From positions 1 to 64,000 of the forward strand of contig JAUCBJ010009151.1 of NCBI GenBank assembly GCA_032718475.1: a DNA stretch of 64,000 nucleotides, written 5' to 3'. The notes under the pieces were generated by a model that was not told the DNA's origin, did no database searches, and saw only the letters and a program-made list of their open reading frames with translations. The position numbers and the translations under genes were made by a program. This DNA is from Nemertoderma westbladi (taxonomy: Eukaryota > Animalia > Xenacoelomorpha). Of this stretch, positions 1 to 12,050 are shown one piece after another (within the stretch, counting starts at the first letter, position 1; the number at the start of each line of letters is the position of its first letter).

Positions 1-461
1 CTAATGTTTTTGGTTTGTTTTGTATTAAATCTTATCATCTTACAAAAGGCAGATTATCAATAAAGACATATAAATTTCGGCAGGTTAAACTGCTGAAGGT
101 CTATAAAAGCGCGTACATGTCTTTTTAAGAATATCGGTAAATGCTACGATATCTTAATTGACTAGAATTGTTGAAGGATCTGAATTTTACAGATTTTGAT
201 TTATTAGATTTGCAAATATTAAATAATTAATATTTGAGATGGGCACCAATTTATTCCAGAACTTGTCTGGGGACGTTAACCACTGATTCTAAAATTTGTC
301 TTTCAAGTATATCGGTGGGTGCCGCGATATCTTAATCGACTAGAATTACAGATGGTCAAAGGGTTTAACAGATTTATACGCTACTGTTAAAGGGACATCA
401 CGCTACTATATGTATTATTTAATATACGGTATGAGAGCAATATCGCACGAAGCAATGTCAG

Positions 462-865
462 TGTGAAGAGGCAAGTCGTTTCCAAGGTCTACCCAGAGCT
501 TGGTTTAGCCGAGACACGAGGATCTGAACTTTGCATTCCTAATACTCTGCCTACCAATAATACTTGAATATAGTAGTGGCTTTATTGTACTTTAATAAGT
601 ACGGACATTTCATCTTACTGTAGTCACGTATTTATAATATAATACGGGCAGTAAGGAAAGAGGAAAAGAATTATTTCTTGCCGTCGCACTAAATATAATA
701 TATACGTAATTACGTACGCAATAAACACGAATATATTGCACTATTCTACTAAATAATCGCTAAATAAGATTCTACTAAATTAAATAAAACGATTATAATA
801 AAATTACGTAGTAATACATACATAAATATAAAAATAATAAAATAATATAAAATAATAGAGTCACA
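462..865 (-). repeat. Putative 3' LTR of element A (404 bp)
   Basis: TGTGA...TCACA termini; the minus strand has TATAAATA followed by AATAAA; directly follows the PPT-like tract. No second copy seen in the window. Confidence 0.65.
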
Positions 866-883
866 CACCCACTCCATATGTTG

Positions 884-2191
884 TTACGTTATGGAGTCCC
901 TAGATGTTTGAAGGATTAGGGAGGTGGTCGTGGGAAGAGAATCTTGCCTTCCACAGTTTCCGGAGAGTCCTCCATTCCCTTCCGGTAAACACAAACGACC
1001 AGCTGGGCGATTGAGTCGCTGCATCCCGAATACAATTCCAGGTTTCCTCTTCGTCCTGGAATAGTGACGATAGAAACATCGCTCTAAGTACACGACGGCC
1101 TTACAAAGCCGATTCCAGGAGCTATAGTGGTCCGTCGCTCCCTGCAGGAGAGGTGAGAGTCCCTGCGAGACGTCTGATGTTCCAGAGCTCCAATCGCTCT
1201 CTCTGATCTTCATGAAGGATCCACTCGCGGTGGGGAGGTCCAGATCCACGGCGTCGTCCCTGGCAATATGTAATACCGACAGATCTATCCCGGGTTCAAA
1301 TAACTCCGCTCCACCCGTCCGGGTTTTAGGTTTAACTTTCTCCGCTCCCTTGGCTGGTCTAATCTCAGTCGGAGTAAGATGGGGAGGCCATTCATCCTCC
1401 TTACTCAGGAAGTCGGGTTCACCTAACCGGTCTGTAGTATCTGTCAGTTCTTGAGGAGTTGCTCCTCTGGAAGCGATGTCAGTTGGATTAAACTTCTTGG
1501 GGCAATATCTCCATTGATCTACATTGGAGCTAATATCGTCATTATCTGAGGAGTATGGTGTTCCCTCAGTTGGGTCGTCTCCCTCACTAGTATCATCTTC
1601 CCATTCACTCACCTGGCAGACGCGATCTTGAAGCAGTCTTTCTCTGAGCGTTCTTCGGGAAGGTCCAGTAAGGTACCAACCTACTCTAGTTCTTACCGCA
1701 TAGGTCTGAAGTGGTTGCGGTTGAGTAGGTCGTTTCTCTAATGTCTCCAGCGCCTCATGCGCGTTTTGACCGATTAATATTTGTACTCCAGGATAATCGG
1801 TGTCGAATCTAGGGATGTTAAGTTGTTGGGCATGATCATCTTCGTCCCAATTATAAGGTTCCACTTGGGTGGTAGCGAAGTTCTTTATTGCCACCATTTT
1901 GACTGACCTTATACTGTATTCTCCTAGTTTATCCTGTGGAGTGGACAACTCACCTATATAATAGTCGGCAGCTACAGTAGAATTCCAAACCTGCATGATC
2001 CCTGACATGTTTAGCTTGGTTCGGAACTTGGGTTGTCCAGCAAAGATGTCTTCGGCTAGTTCTTTATCGATGAATGTTCCTGTGCTGCCGGAGTCCAGGA
2101 GGGCGTTCACTATATAGCTCTTCTGAGGTCCGTGGACCCATAACTGGACTACAGGAAATTCTCGGATTCCTACATTTGAAGTTGGCGCTTT
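884..2191 (-). pseudogene. pol: Aspartic protease fused in frame to the RNase H C-terminal remnant; RT and IN absent
   Basis: Same frame as gag after one TAG (2192-2194). ALLDSGSTGTFI, AVRTRVGWYLTGP, then jumps to QWRYCPKKFNPTDIASRG...GEPDFL...WP and YSSWNRL. Confidence 0.85.
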
Positions 2192-5100
2192 CTAAGATTG
2201 TTGTTGATCTGAAGTATTTAGGGTGAGGTCGCTGTCTGTGTCTTTCTCATACATGAGTGCTCGATACACTGCGGTGGTGTTTATTAAGTAACAGGATTCG
2301 TTTTGGTCGGAGAATTCGTCCGTATAGAATCCTTCCATCTCAGATTGATCAGTGTCGTTCACATCACTGAATTGGACATGTAGTTCGGAATCACTCACCT
2401 GACTCGGACTATTTCGCTCGAATTCAGTGTGCAACAAGATATGATGTTTCGCACCGCACTTTGCACACCTTGCGTCGGAGTAACAGGTTCGCTGTTGGTG
2501 TCCTCGTCTGAGGCAATTATAACACAACCGCTTATCCCACATGACTTCCCGTCTCTCTTTTAATGATTTCTTTAAGAATTCATCGCACATATTCAAGCGG
2601 TGGGGCCCGTCGCACAGCACACATTTGGGTTTGATGTTACTTACTTTAACCTGTGCTATGTGGTGCACATTCGTTCTTTCCTCGGGCTTTCTCACCTGAA
2701 TTCTCTTGGGAGACGTAGGAGGAGTTTTTCTTACCTGTTCTCTCCTGTCATTGGTTCGAGACTTGAATTTACTTACCTGGTCTTTAGGCGTTTTATTGAC
2801 ATAATAAGATCTTTCAGTGTCTTTCCCGCTATCCTCTCCTTGAGAAGTCTGGCTTTCGCCGTCGTCTGTATAACACACTGGTGTTACCCTTCTCCTAGAA
2901 ACGGGTTTCTCATTTACCTTGTTTTCCAGTGTCTTCTCTCTGGACTGTCTTAGGAGCTGTAATTTCACTTCTCCATCTAAGAATGACATGAGATCAGCCA
3001 TGGTAGGGTCTCGTCGTTGTTGTTCCATCATATATAACACTTTCTTGTCCCAGCGTGTACCTACTCCACCCTTGGGCAAAGTAGATGCTAAGGCTCCTAC
3101 AACCATATAATTCTGGTATTCATGAGACTTACCTAGCCAATCTAATTGTCTACAGATCTCCTGAATCTCATCGGAAAACTCTATAATCCCGCTGCTAAGA
3201 AACTTTCGGGGCGCCATTAATTTTGCATACAAATACCTAGCTATGTTATTCCTATTACCATACCTGATGTTTAGTGTATCCCAAACTTGTCTTAATCCGT
3301 CTGGATGTCCAATAAACTTTAACGCCATTAACTTGGGAGATCCTTCCAAGCACTCGATGAGGAATCTAAGTTTCTCTCCATTAGATAGTACGGAGTTCTG
3401 TATGTTATCTTTGTAATATTCATTAAAAGGTAACCATTTCATCTCATCTCCATTGAACTTGACGATCTCTCCCACCTTCACCGCTTGCCGGGCTTCGGTT
3501 CTAGCCATTTGGCGTGTAAAACTTTCTTGGGCCATCGTGTTATTTAATATCGAGTTATCGGTATATAAATTTCTCGGATTATGATCAGGTCTATAGGGAA
3601 TGTCATTATCAACAGGTCTATAATTACCCTTAATAGGGTTCACTATAGGAGTTTCTACTTCGCTAGCAGTATATATGCGTGTAGGCTCCACACCTTGCGC
3701 ATGAGATACTTCAGACCTAACAGGTTGACACATTGTTACAGGGGGTGGTGGTATACCCCTTTGTGTATTTACTAATTTATCGCGTTCTAGCGCGATACTT
3801 TGCTGCACTTCTTGCAACTCTAGCCTACTTTCCCTTACTGTGCCCTTGAATTGCTGAACAGTCTCCTGCATCTGCCCGAGCAGGAGATCCATCCCCCGCC
3901 GTCTCTCGTCCACCCATTCGACCGCCGAAGCGGGAGTCGCCAACGTTGTAGTGAGCGGACGAGGGACAACGGGCGACAAATCAGGAATATTTCGCTCGGG
4001 GTCCAGGACCTGAACTGTCTCCTGGGCAGTTCTACGGGGCACAGGTAGCTTAGTGCTATGCAGAGGGAATTTAGAGGTAATTTCAGGGAGCACAGGTGTG
4101 TCTATCACTGAAGGGGTGATTTCGAGAACAGGCCTAATTATTTCAGGCTCATCTACTATAGTAGGGAGTCTTTCTATTTTAATTATTTGGTCTGTGGGTT
4201 CTGTACTACCTAAGTTGGTGTTATTTAGTTGCCTTCTAACAGCTGGAGGCAAATCAGGCAATTTCTGACGGTGGAATGTTCTTTTACGTCTGCTTAGACG
4301 AGATCTATTTCCTTTGCCTTCAGTATCGGTGGTATCACCTTCCTCAGATGATGTATATCCCTGTCGTTTGGGAGTAGATCGATTCATCATCTGCATATTA
4401 CTAGCTGTTAACTGTTTATTTATGCAGTCTTGATTCTCCTGAATGTTTTCCAATTCTAATTGGGTGGTTTCTTCAGTCGCTCTCCGTTCGGCTTCTGCCA
4501 CTGCCTCTGCGGCCTTTCTCTCAGCCTCGGCCGCCTTTGCTTCTGCCGCTGCCGCTGCCGCTGCCGCTGCCGCTGCCGCTTTTGCCTCTGCCGCTGCCGC
4601 TGCCGCTGCCGCTTTTGCCTCTGCCGCTGCCGCTGCCGCTTTTGCCTCTGCTGCTGCCTCTGCCGCTGCCGCTTTTCTTTCTACTTCTGCAGCTACCACT
4701 GCTGCTTTCTTTCTGTCTTCTATACGTTTTTTCTTTACTTGTTCTTCTTGGGCTCGTGTGATGCGGAGTTGTTCATCAAATTCAGCCTGGTTCGCAGCCC
4801 TCATTTCCACATCGATGGCATCCAACACAAGCTTGGTTCCTTCACTATTAGGGCTAAGTCCCTCTAACCTTCTCCTCAACTCGTCATCACCTAAAAAAAG
4901 TTGATAGTCTGACAGATAGATGTCAATGGCATCCCTCTTATGCGGCTTCTCTGCCATCGCTTCACTTTCCACTTGGGAAAAAGTAGCGTCTGTTGATTCT
5001 CCATGGGTTGAGCGCTCCTCTAGCTGAGCTTTCCACTGAGCTGTTCCTTGAACCTGGAGACTCACCCTTTGAAACCAAGTCTTTACGGCAACTTGCAACG

Positions 5101-5884
5101 ACGTGTCTTGCCTTCGTTTAGAAGCCTCCTCAAAGGCCGATAATATTAGCCTGATTCGTAGAATTCTTTCTCTCACTTGATAAAGCAGTTGTCCCTGCTC
5201 TTGAGGTCCTTGTGGTTGTTGAAACAGTTGTCCTTTTACTCGCTCCATAGAGCTGAAGAATCCCTGTGCGTATCCGGCTGCGGACCTCTTCCACACAGCG
5301 GGATCGATGGTTTCCTTGGCTACTCCCATCCGGTGTATGTCTTCCCAGGCAGCTTCTGATAAATCAAACGGGAGTCCGGGTCCGGGGAAGTTCCATTGCG
5401 ACTCGACCATGGACTTCAGTTCTTCCCTTGTGTATCCAGCATAACTATCTCTAGTTGAACGCTGGCTTCTCGCCCAATCGATCTGGTGTTCTTCCACAGC
5501 GATCAATAACCTGGTGAGTACGGCTGCAGGAAGGATGAGAAGGGGATCCGTATAAACCGCATCCGTCATCTTTGCTCCACGCTCGGGTGTCAGCTCTACA
5601 GTATCTTCAATACTGGAGCTGTTGGGCCGTTGAGAAGTAAGTTCTTGGCTCGCGGGTTGTTGCTGTTCTGCTGCTTCTTGGTCCCGCTTGACCTGAGCTC
5701 GAGTGCCTATGATAGACCTACGATGTTGGACCAGCCTAGGTTCGGTTATTACTACAGGAGGGATGACCTTCCTCACAGTGGGAGGTGAACTGAACTTACG
5801 ACTAGACGGTTCTACGCCTCTATCTGAGTCGCAGATAGTTACATCTAATAAACTGTCTGACAGGTTCTGCTTAGTATCAGACAT
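2192..5884 (-). CDS. gag: Bel/Pao Gag (coiled-coil/Ala-rich N-half, capsid-like DUF1759-type region, three Cys/His knuckles)
   Basis: 1230-aa ORF with KFNGDEMKWLPF...EKLRFLIECLEG and CVLCDGPHRLNMC, CYNCLRRGHQQRTC, CAKCGAKHHILLH. Confidence 0.9.
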   Translation of the reverse strand: MSDTKQNLSDSLLDVTICDSDRGVEPSSRKFSSPPTVRKVIPPVVITEPRLVQHRRSIIGTRAQVKRDQEAAEQQQPASQELTSQRPNSSSIEDTVELTPERGAKMTDAVYTDPLLILPAAVLTRLLIAVEEHQIDWARSQRSTRDSYAGYTREELKSMVESQWNFPGPGLPFDLSEAAWEDIHRMGVAKETIDPAVWKRSAAGYAQGFFSSMERVKGQLFQQPQGPQEQGQLLYQVRERILRIRLILSAFEEASKRRQDTSLQVAVKTWFQRVSLQVQGTAQWKAQLEERSTHGESTDATFSQVESEAMAEKPHKRDAIDIYLSDYQLFLGDDELRRRLEGLSPNSEGTKLVLDAIDVEMRAANQAEFDEQLRITRAQEEQVKKKRIEDRKKAAVVAAEVERKAAAAEAAAEAKAAAAAAEAKAAAAAAAAEAKAAAAAAAAAAAAEAKAAEAERKAAEAVAEAERRATEETTQLELENIQENQDCINKQLTASNMQMMNRSTPKRQGYTSSEEGDTTDTEGKGNRSRLSRRKRTFHRQKLPDLPPAVRRQLNNTNLGSTEPTDQIIKIERLPTIVDEPEIIRPVLEITPSVIDTPVLPEITSKFPLHSTKLPVPRRTAQETVQVLDPERNIPDLSPVVPRPLTTTLATPASAVEWVDERRRGMDLLLGQMQETVQQFKGTVRESRLELQEVQQSIALERDKLVNTQRGIPPPPVTMCQPVRSEVSHAQGVEPTRIYTASEVETPIVNPIKGNYRPVDNDIPYRPDHNPRNLYTDNSILNNTMAQESFTRQMARTEARQAVKVGEIVKFNGDEMKWLPFNEYYKDNIQNSVLSNGEKLRFLIECLEGSPKLMALKFIGHPDGLRQVWDTLNIRYGNRNNIARYLYAKLMAPRKFLSSGIIEFSDEIQEICRQLDWLGKSHEYQNYMVVGALASTLPKGGVGTRWDKKVLYMMEQQRRDPTMADLMSFLDGEVKLQLLRQSREKTLENKVNEKPVSRRRVTPVCYTDDGESQTSQGEDSGKDTERSYYVNKTPKDQVSKFKSRTNDRREQVRKTPPTSPKRIQVRKPEERTNVHHIAQVKVSNIKPKCVLCDGPHRLNMCDEFLKKSLKERREVMWDKRLCYNCLRRGHQQRTCYSDARCAKCGAKHHILLHTEFERNSPSQVSDSELHVQFSDVNDTDQSEMEGFYTDEFSDQNESCYLINTTAVYRALMYEKDTDSDLTLNTSDQQQS
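4480..4680. repeat. (GCCGCT)n microsatellite encoding poly-Ala/EAKA repeats in gag
   Basis: Visible hexamer run; translates as AAAAAEAKAAAAA in the gag frame. Confidence 0.9.
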
Positions 5885-7196
5885 GTTTATGTATACAGTT
5901 GAATGTCTACTGCTGTATTACAGTCTGAGCAAGTCTAGTAACTCAGTATTAACTGCTAGCCTAGTAATTAATTACCGGTACTGCTACTCAGTGCAGCGTG
6001 ATATATATAATATATTAGAATACCGGTATGCTTATAGTATATATAACTATTATTACAGACTAGGTTTATCACCGAATACCGGTATAATTTTAGCACAAAT
6101 ATATATAAATATATAATAGGCCTATCTGGAATACCGGTATACAGCTGACAGTTTGTAGTGTATATATAAGTATAATTATTAACTGAATTAATTACAGAAT
6201 ACCGGTATGATTTCAGCACAAATATAAATATTATAATAGGCCTATCGTAAATACCGGTATATCAATTATTTTAGAATAATTGAATTTCTGAACTTTAAGG
6301 TTACTTGGTTACTTTACTTACTTTATTACCGTTATTTGAGCAGTAATCCAACTGATATTGAGACCTAATGGTTGTATGGTAGGCCTACTATTTATAAATC
6401 GCTAGATTTGATTTATAATATATATATACCCGTTTTAATGGGTTTTGTCAATGTTTGAAATAAATGTTATTATTTCTGGGGAGTAATCACTACACAAAGC
6501 GGTGCGCTTTCAGTGAAGTGTTACTTATAGGACACTAAAACAAATAATACTAATTTACCTAAGTTACTTAATACTACAAATTACGTACAATTCGGGTGAG
6601 ATTACAATCTCTAAATAAACACAAAAATTTACAAAAACACAAAATACGAATTTTCAGGGTAATTTTACAAGAAGTCTACAAACCAGCCTAACAAAGGGTT
6701 AGTATCTGGTTATTACAACGGACAGGGTACTGCGGTATTTGAAAATAATACGTAGTAGTAAATACACTGCGTTGTCCAGATAGGAAAATACCACCGCCTG
6801 ACGACCTATAGCCGTATCGCTATAGGTACTACGTTATGTATCACGGAGTGTTCCTACCTAGAAGTTAATAGAGCTAATCGAAAGTGCCTATCAACCACTT
6901 TACAACACAAATAATGTCTACACTAATTACTTTCGGAAAGCACTGTACACTAAACCCTAAATTAGGTACGAGTACTTGTACAACATATAATCAGTAGTTA
7001 AATATACTTGAACAGCTAAAAGAACCACGGCATCTGCTGGAGTGACCGATGCACAAAATCACCAGTCTTTACCTACGCCAAGCAGCCCGTGTAGTACCGG
7101 GGTTAATTTAACTATAGCGGTATGTATAACAAACACAATTACTGTAGGAACAAACTTGGGGAATGAATGTTGCAAATAATCGCATAAACTCTGAAT

Positions 7197-7770
7197 AATA
7201 AATATTACGCTACGCGTACAAACCACTCAAACAAAATGCAGACCAAATACTGACAGACTACTATCAAGCCTAAATAAACTACAGGACATGCAGACTCCGA
7301 AATGATTAGGTAGTATGCGTTCTAACCCAGTAGTACGACTTATTCTTTAGTTGGGGGTTTACCTTACAGCATTCGCTGCCCCTACTTCCTAGCCGTTCTT
7401 TATCGGACAGGTGATCTACACACACTGCAATCCATTCAGACCTAATAACAACCAGACAACTATTCAGCCTACAAATTATCTAAATAAATATTATACGCTA
7501 CCCGTACAGACTTACACAAACAAAGTACAGACTAAACGATGGCAGACTACTCTCAAGCCTAAATAAACTACAGGACATGCAGACTCCGAAATGATTAGGT
7601 AGTATGCGTTCTAACCCAGTAGTACAACTTATTCTTTAGTTGGGGGTTTACCTTACAGCATTCGCTGCCCCTACTTCCTAACCGTTCTTTATCGGACAGG
7701 TGATCTACACACGCTGCAATCCGTTCAGACTTAACAGCAGCCAGACAACTATCCAGCCTACAAATTATCT
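7197..7770. repeat. Tandem duplication, 2 x ~289 bp
   Basis: CAAGCCTAAATAAACTACAGGACATGCAGACTCCGAAATG at 7265 and 7554; cores near-identical. Confidence 0.9.
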
Positions 7771-7941
7771 GTACAATCTGATCAGGCTTACACGCCTTCT
7801 GTTCAATACTGGCCTACAAATAAATAAAACTGACAGAAATAGGCCTAAGTAAAATCCCAATAAAAACCAGGCGTCCCCGATTAATTATTAAGACCTACCG
7901 GCATATAATAATCAAAATCGAATAATACTAGTGTACTTATA

Positions 7942-8068
7942 CGGAAGTACCGGTTAGGACAGTTAGGCCTACGGACCTACAGAAGTACCGGTTCTGGCAG
8001 TTGGGCCTACTGACCTACGGCAGTACCGGTTCTGGCGGTTGGGCCTACTGACCTACTGAAGTACCGTT
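7942..8068. repeat. 38-bp minisatellite, ~3.3 copies
   Basis: Unit ~GAAGTACCGGTTCTGGCAGTTGGGCCTACTGACCTACN. Confidence 0.85.
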
Positions 8069-9319
8069 CAGGTTTACCGGTTGACCGGTACTTTCAACTT
8101 TATTGCTTACTGCAATAAAGAAGCTATATCCGTTATTGTTCGCGCTTTCAGACCTTTGGCAGTTTAACCCGCCAAATTAGGATGTCTTCTAGATAATAAA
8201 TCGCTTTAGCCTCTAACAAGTATTTGATTCACTACACTAGTTGAAACCAATCTGTGCGCGATCATTCACCCGTTGGATATACCCGGGAGATTGATTTCGA
8301 CAGCTTAATCGTATTGCTATGTAAGCCTAATGTATTATTCGACTGACAGTATTATATAATCTCTGACAATATTATTCACCTTCGGGGAATATTAACAGTT
8401 CCTTTAGGACGTGGCGCTCTATCTATATAAACAGAGTTATGACTTAAACTACTCACAACGATATGGCTTAGTTACAATTCACATATATGGCGCATTCTTT
8501 AGGAAATGCTTCGTTATCAGTCTCACTCATACACAATGCTGCACAATACTGCACACTAATCTGCCGATCTTCACTGATTTTAGTCACATATAAAAGGAAC
8601 ACGGACCGAATCATGTAGGGTCTATCAAATAACATTAGATTCACTTCAAACCACTTTAACATAAGTCACAATTGTTATATGTAACCCTTCTCTCTTACCT
8701 TTGGTATATCAAGAATATTGGGTTTCGGGGTTATTTATCGTTATTCCAAATATAATAATTCATCAACCATATTATGAAGAACTGACAGTAAATAGCAGTA
8801 TAACAATATAAAGTATGCACAGGTTGTTTGATTAGGTATGGTATGTTATGTTGTGATAAATGCAGATAACGGATATATGTCCTTATAATTAAGCCTACTA
8901 GTGTAGGGCTAAAGCCGTTCTTCCTGGCTTAGAATCACCAACAACACTAAAAACTGATAAGAATAACTATAAGAATACCAGCTACCCTTATTCTACAAAG
9001 ATCTCACCCACCACAGAGAATGAGCATACAGATAGGAAATTCAGTTCAGTAGATCTGTGATAGGTCAAAATCAAAACCAACTCAAATCCTATTGGCAGAT
9101 ACAGAAAGCAGGGCTATGGGGCAACGTGGCAATATCAGCCGTTAGCCGTCGTCATGGTAGCGACACTGTTTTCAAGAGTATCGAGCTTTTTACGTCACGA
9201 AATTGCAGATTATGTCCTCTAAAGTACAAATACAGAAGAAATGGCTTTTATGTCCTCCAAAACACCAGTACAGCAAGGACACGGCCTTTTTATGCCTGGT
9301 AAACCAACCACAGAGTACT

Positions 9320-11354
9320 TTACGGGGATAATAACCGGCTAATTACGCAAAAGCTTTTACACATGGACCTGATTTTCTAACGAGGACACAGGAACATTGG
9401 CCAGAGCGACTAAAGATAGTGACCAATCCGATGCCTGAAGATGCAGAAGTCAAAGTGGAGAAAGTCTCTAAGTCGAAGTCAAAAGCCAAACTTAAGTCAT
9501 TGGAGCGGCCTGAAGAGTCATTGGAGCGGCCTGAAGAGTCATTGGAGCGGCCCGGAGACCTGTCAGACTTACGTGACTACTAGGTCCGGAAGGGTAAGTT
9601 ATGACATAAAACCACCCTTACAGACTAAACCAGAGTCACAGTTGGTAAGTGACGGACAGAAAATGACCGACAAAATGGAGCCTTTGGTTTCCAAACCTGT
9701 GGGTTTGGATTCGAAACTTCCATTAACTAGCGGACAACCGTCTCTGGCATTAGAGCCATGCAGTATTTATGACAAATTACTAAATTCGTCTGCCTCTTGG
9801 CTGACAATTTGCAAAAGAACTGCGTGGTTAAGCCGATACATTTCGTACCTTTGTATAAAACATTCGGAACATTTAGGAGAACGAACAAGTGCCAATAGTG
9901 AGCGAATTCAGAAATTGAAACAACCTCTGACAGAGGATGAGATTGATCAAGCGGAATTAAAGCATTTGAAACATTATCAAATGTGTGCCTTCCCTATAGA
10001 ATTCTATCTATTATCGGCTAAACGACCAGTTCTCTATAAACCCCTTAGAAAATGGAGTCCATTAATCCATAAGGGTTTAATTTGTCATAGATCGAGAATC
10101 CAGACTGTCGACATAAACTCACAGTTTCGGTTCCCAGTGATAATCCCTAGTCACCCAATAGAATTGTAAAGAGCGATTCTATGGGATATACACAAGAGAT
10201 TACATCACGCGGGAAGGTTACACTGTTTGTCGGCAGCGAGACAGCGATTCATTCTATTGCAGCCAAGCAGGGCAGTCGGCACCATGTATGACGCCTGTCT
10301 GGTTTGCATGAGGGTGAACGCCAGAGTATTGGAACAGGAGATGGCTGAACTCCCGGAAGCGAGAGTACAGGCGTATGACCCACCCTTTACAAATACTGGG
10401 GTGGACTGTTTTGGTCCAATTGAGGCAAAGAGTGGACGGCTGACCCACAAGCGATGGGGTCTGCTACTGACATGCATGGCTAGTAGAGCCATACACATCG
10501 AGCGTGTGGCAGACATGTCGACCAAATCTCTGCTCCTGGCCTTAAAGAGATTTATGGCCAGGGGAGGACTAGTAAAGGCGTTCTACTCTGATAAGGGTAC
10601 AAACTTTGTCGGGGGGAATAGCGAGTTGAACGCGGCTCATAAAGCGGCACAGAATAAGGAAATTTCTGCAGCACTTTTGCCGCAAAGAGTAGAGTGGAGA
10701 TTCAATACTCCAGAAAGTCCTTGGAGAGGAGGAAGTTGGGAGCGTTTAGTTCGCTCTGTAAAGCAGGCCATTGCCAAAACGTTGCCTGTAAACAAACAAC
10801 TTACTGATGACGAACTGGTCACAGCGTTCATCGAAATCGAGCATACACTAAACTCGAGGCCGATAGCTATGTTACCAGACGGTGTTGCATTAACGCCGAA
10901 TCATTTGCTAATGCAGAGTCCAGCATTTCTTGTGCCGGCATCAGAACCAATTAGTGCCGACCTATATAGTTGTAAGAGCTGGAAGGTGACTCAATTTGTG
11001 GCGTACACATTCTGGGAATATTGGCGGGAATACTATCTTCCCACCATATCCACCAGAACAAAGTGGTACAAAACGGTTCGGAGTCTCCAAAGGGGAGATA
11101 ACGTACTGATAACCGAGCCGATTGTCAAGAGAAAGTATTGGGAGACAGGAGTGATCTTGCACACACACCCAGACGTGCAAAACATAGTGCGCACAGTCAC
11201 TGTGAAAATTAGGTGCAAGTGTCCGCACCCAAAAAAGTGTAAAACTAATGGTTTACACACCTTGGACCGACCGGTCCAGGATATCGTGTTATTAGAGGAG
11301 ACACGCATCAAGACGGGAGATTATAATTTGTCTCCTGCCTCAAAACAGAATTAG
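9320..11354 (+). pseudogene. pol: Bel/Pao element B pol remnant: RNase H tail plus integrase
   Basis: NPANYA...HGPDFL...HWP motif at ~9330-9405 in a shifted frame; in-frame TAA at 10167-10169 between the two ORFs; HHCC, TGVDCFGP, YSDKGTNF, GGSWERLV (DDE) and RPVQDIVLLE. Confidence 0.9.
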
Positions 11355-12050
11355 TGTTGGACGCAACTCACTTCGTATGCATTCCTCGCATGCAAATACA
11401 AGGAAATGCATAGGAGCGGGGTTGTGGTGATTTGCGTTGAGTTTTGTCTGGTGGGTATCAAAACAAAAATTTATTTTTTTGGAAAATTTAAAAATTTTAA
11501 AAAATTAGAAGTGAACCCAAGACAATTCCAGACGCTGTGTATAGGCGCGTTTTAGAATTCGCCTATAGATAAACAGTAATTTGAAAAGTCGTGAAGCCTG
11601 GAAAATAGCATTTAGAAACCATGGTGACGGCTATATTACGTAGGAGTGTAAATTGAGTTCAGTAACTTCCACAGATTGGTGCCAACAGTACAACAACCAA
11701 GGTGCTAAAGGTTAGTAGCACCAGAGGCGTACACAGACCCCACTCAGTAGTTTGCGGTAGAGTGAGATGTTCGATTATCAAACCTGTGGGTTTGGTATAG
11801 TCGAGCGCCGATACTATTGTCCTTTCTAACTACTGTAGTCTAGTACAAGTATTGGGGAGTAGCTTGGGCATCAAAAAGTGAGTTGGTCACGGCCAGTTTA
11901 TCTCCGAAGTTTTTGCGCTATGCATGGGAATAGGTTAGAAGGTAGTTAGGAATGAGACGGGATCTAGAGAGCCAAACCTGAACTGCTGGAAGGCGGCCGG
12001 GTAGCTCGGGAAGTTTGTCCCTCCGCATCATCTAACTGATTTATCCACAG

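Larger units (their letters stand above)
462..5884 (-). mobile_element. Bel/Pao LTR retrotransposon A, internally deleted (gag-PR, no RT or IN); 5' LTR not found, leader may extend to ~9 kb
   Basis: Pao-type gag and DSGS protease on the minus strand, ending ~20 nt before a purine-rich tract (866-876, TGGAGTGGGTG on minus) and an LTR-like unit. Confidence 0.8.

Noticed and set aside
120-350. Two ~50-bp similar blocks (ATATCGGT...GATATCTTAAT.GACTAGAATT) about 178 bp apart
   Set aside because: Real but short and degenerate, and at the window edge, so it cannot be assigned.
9441-9560. ATG 9441 and HWSGLKS repeats as the start of a stand-alone integrase gene
   Set aside because: Pol motifs (GPDFL...WP) lie upstream in another frame, so this is a frameshifted pol with a 21-bp triplication.
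11411-11440. AGGAGCGGGG-T-TGTGG as PPT and LTR start right after integrase B
   Set aside because: No matching LTR end or promoter follows and coding-like sequence continues; 13694 fits better but is also unproven.
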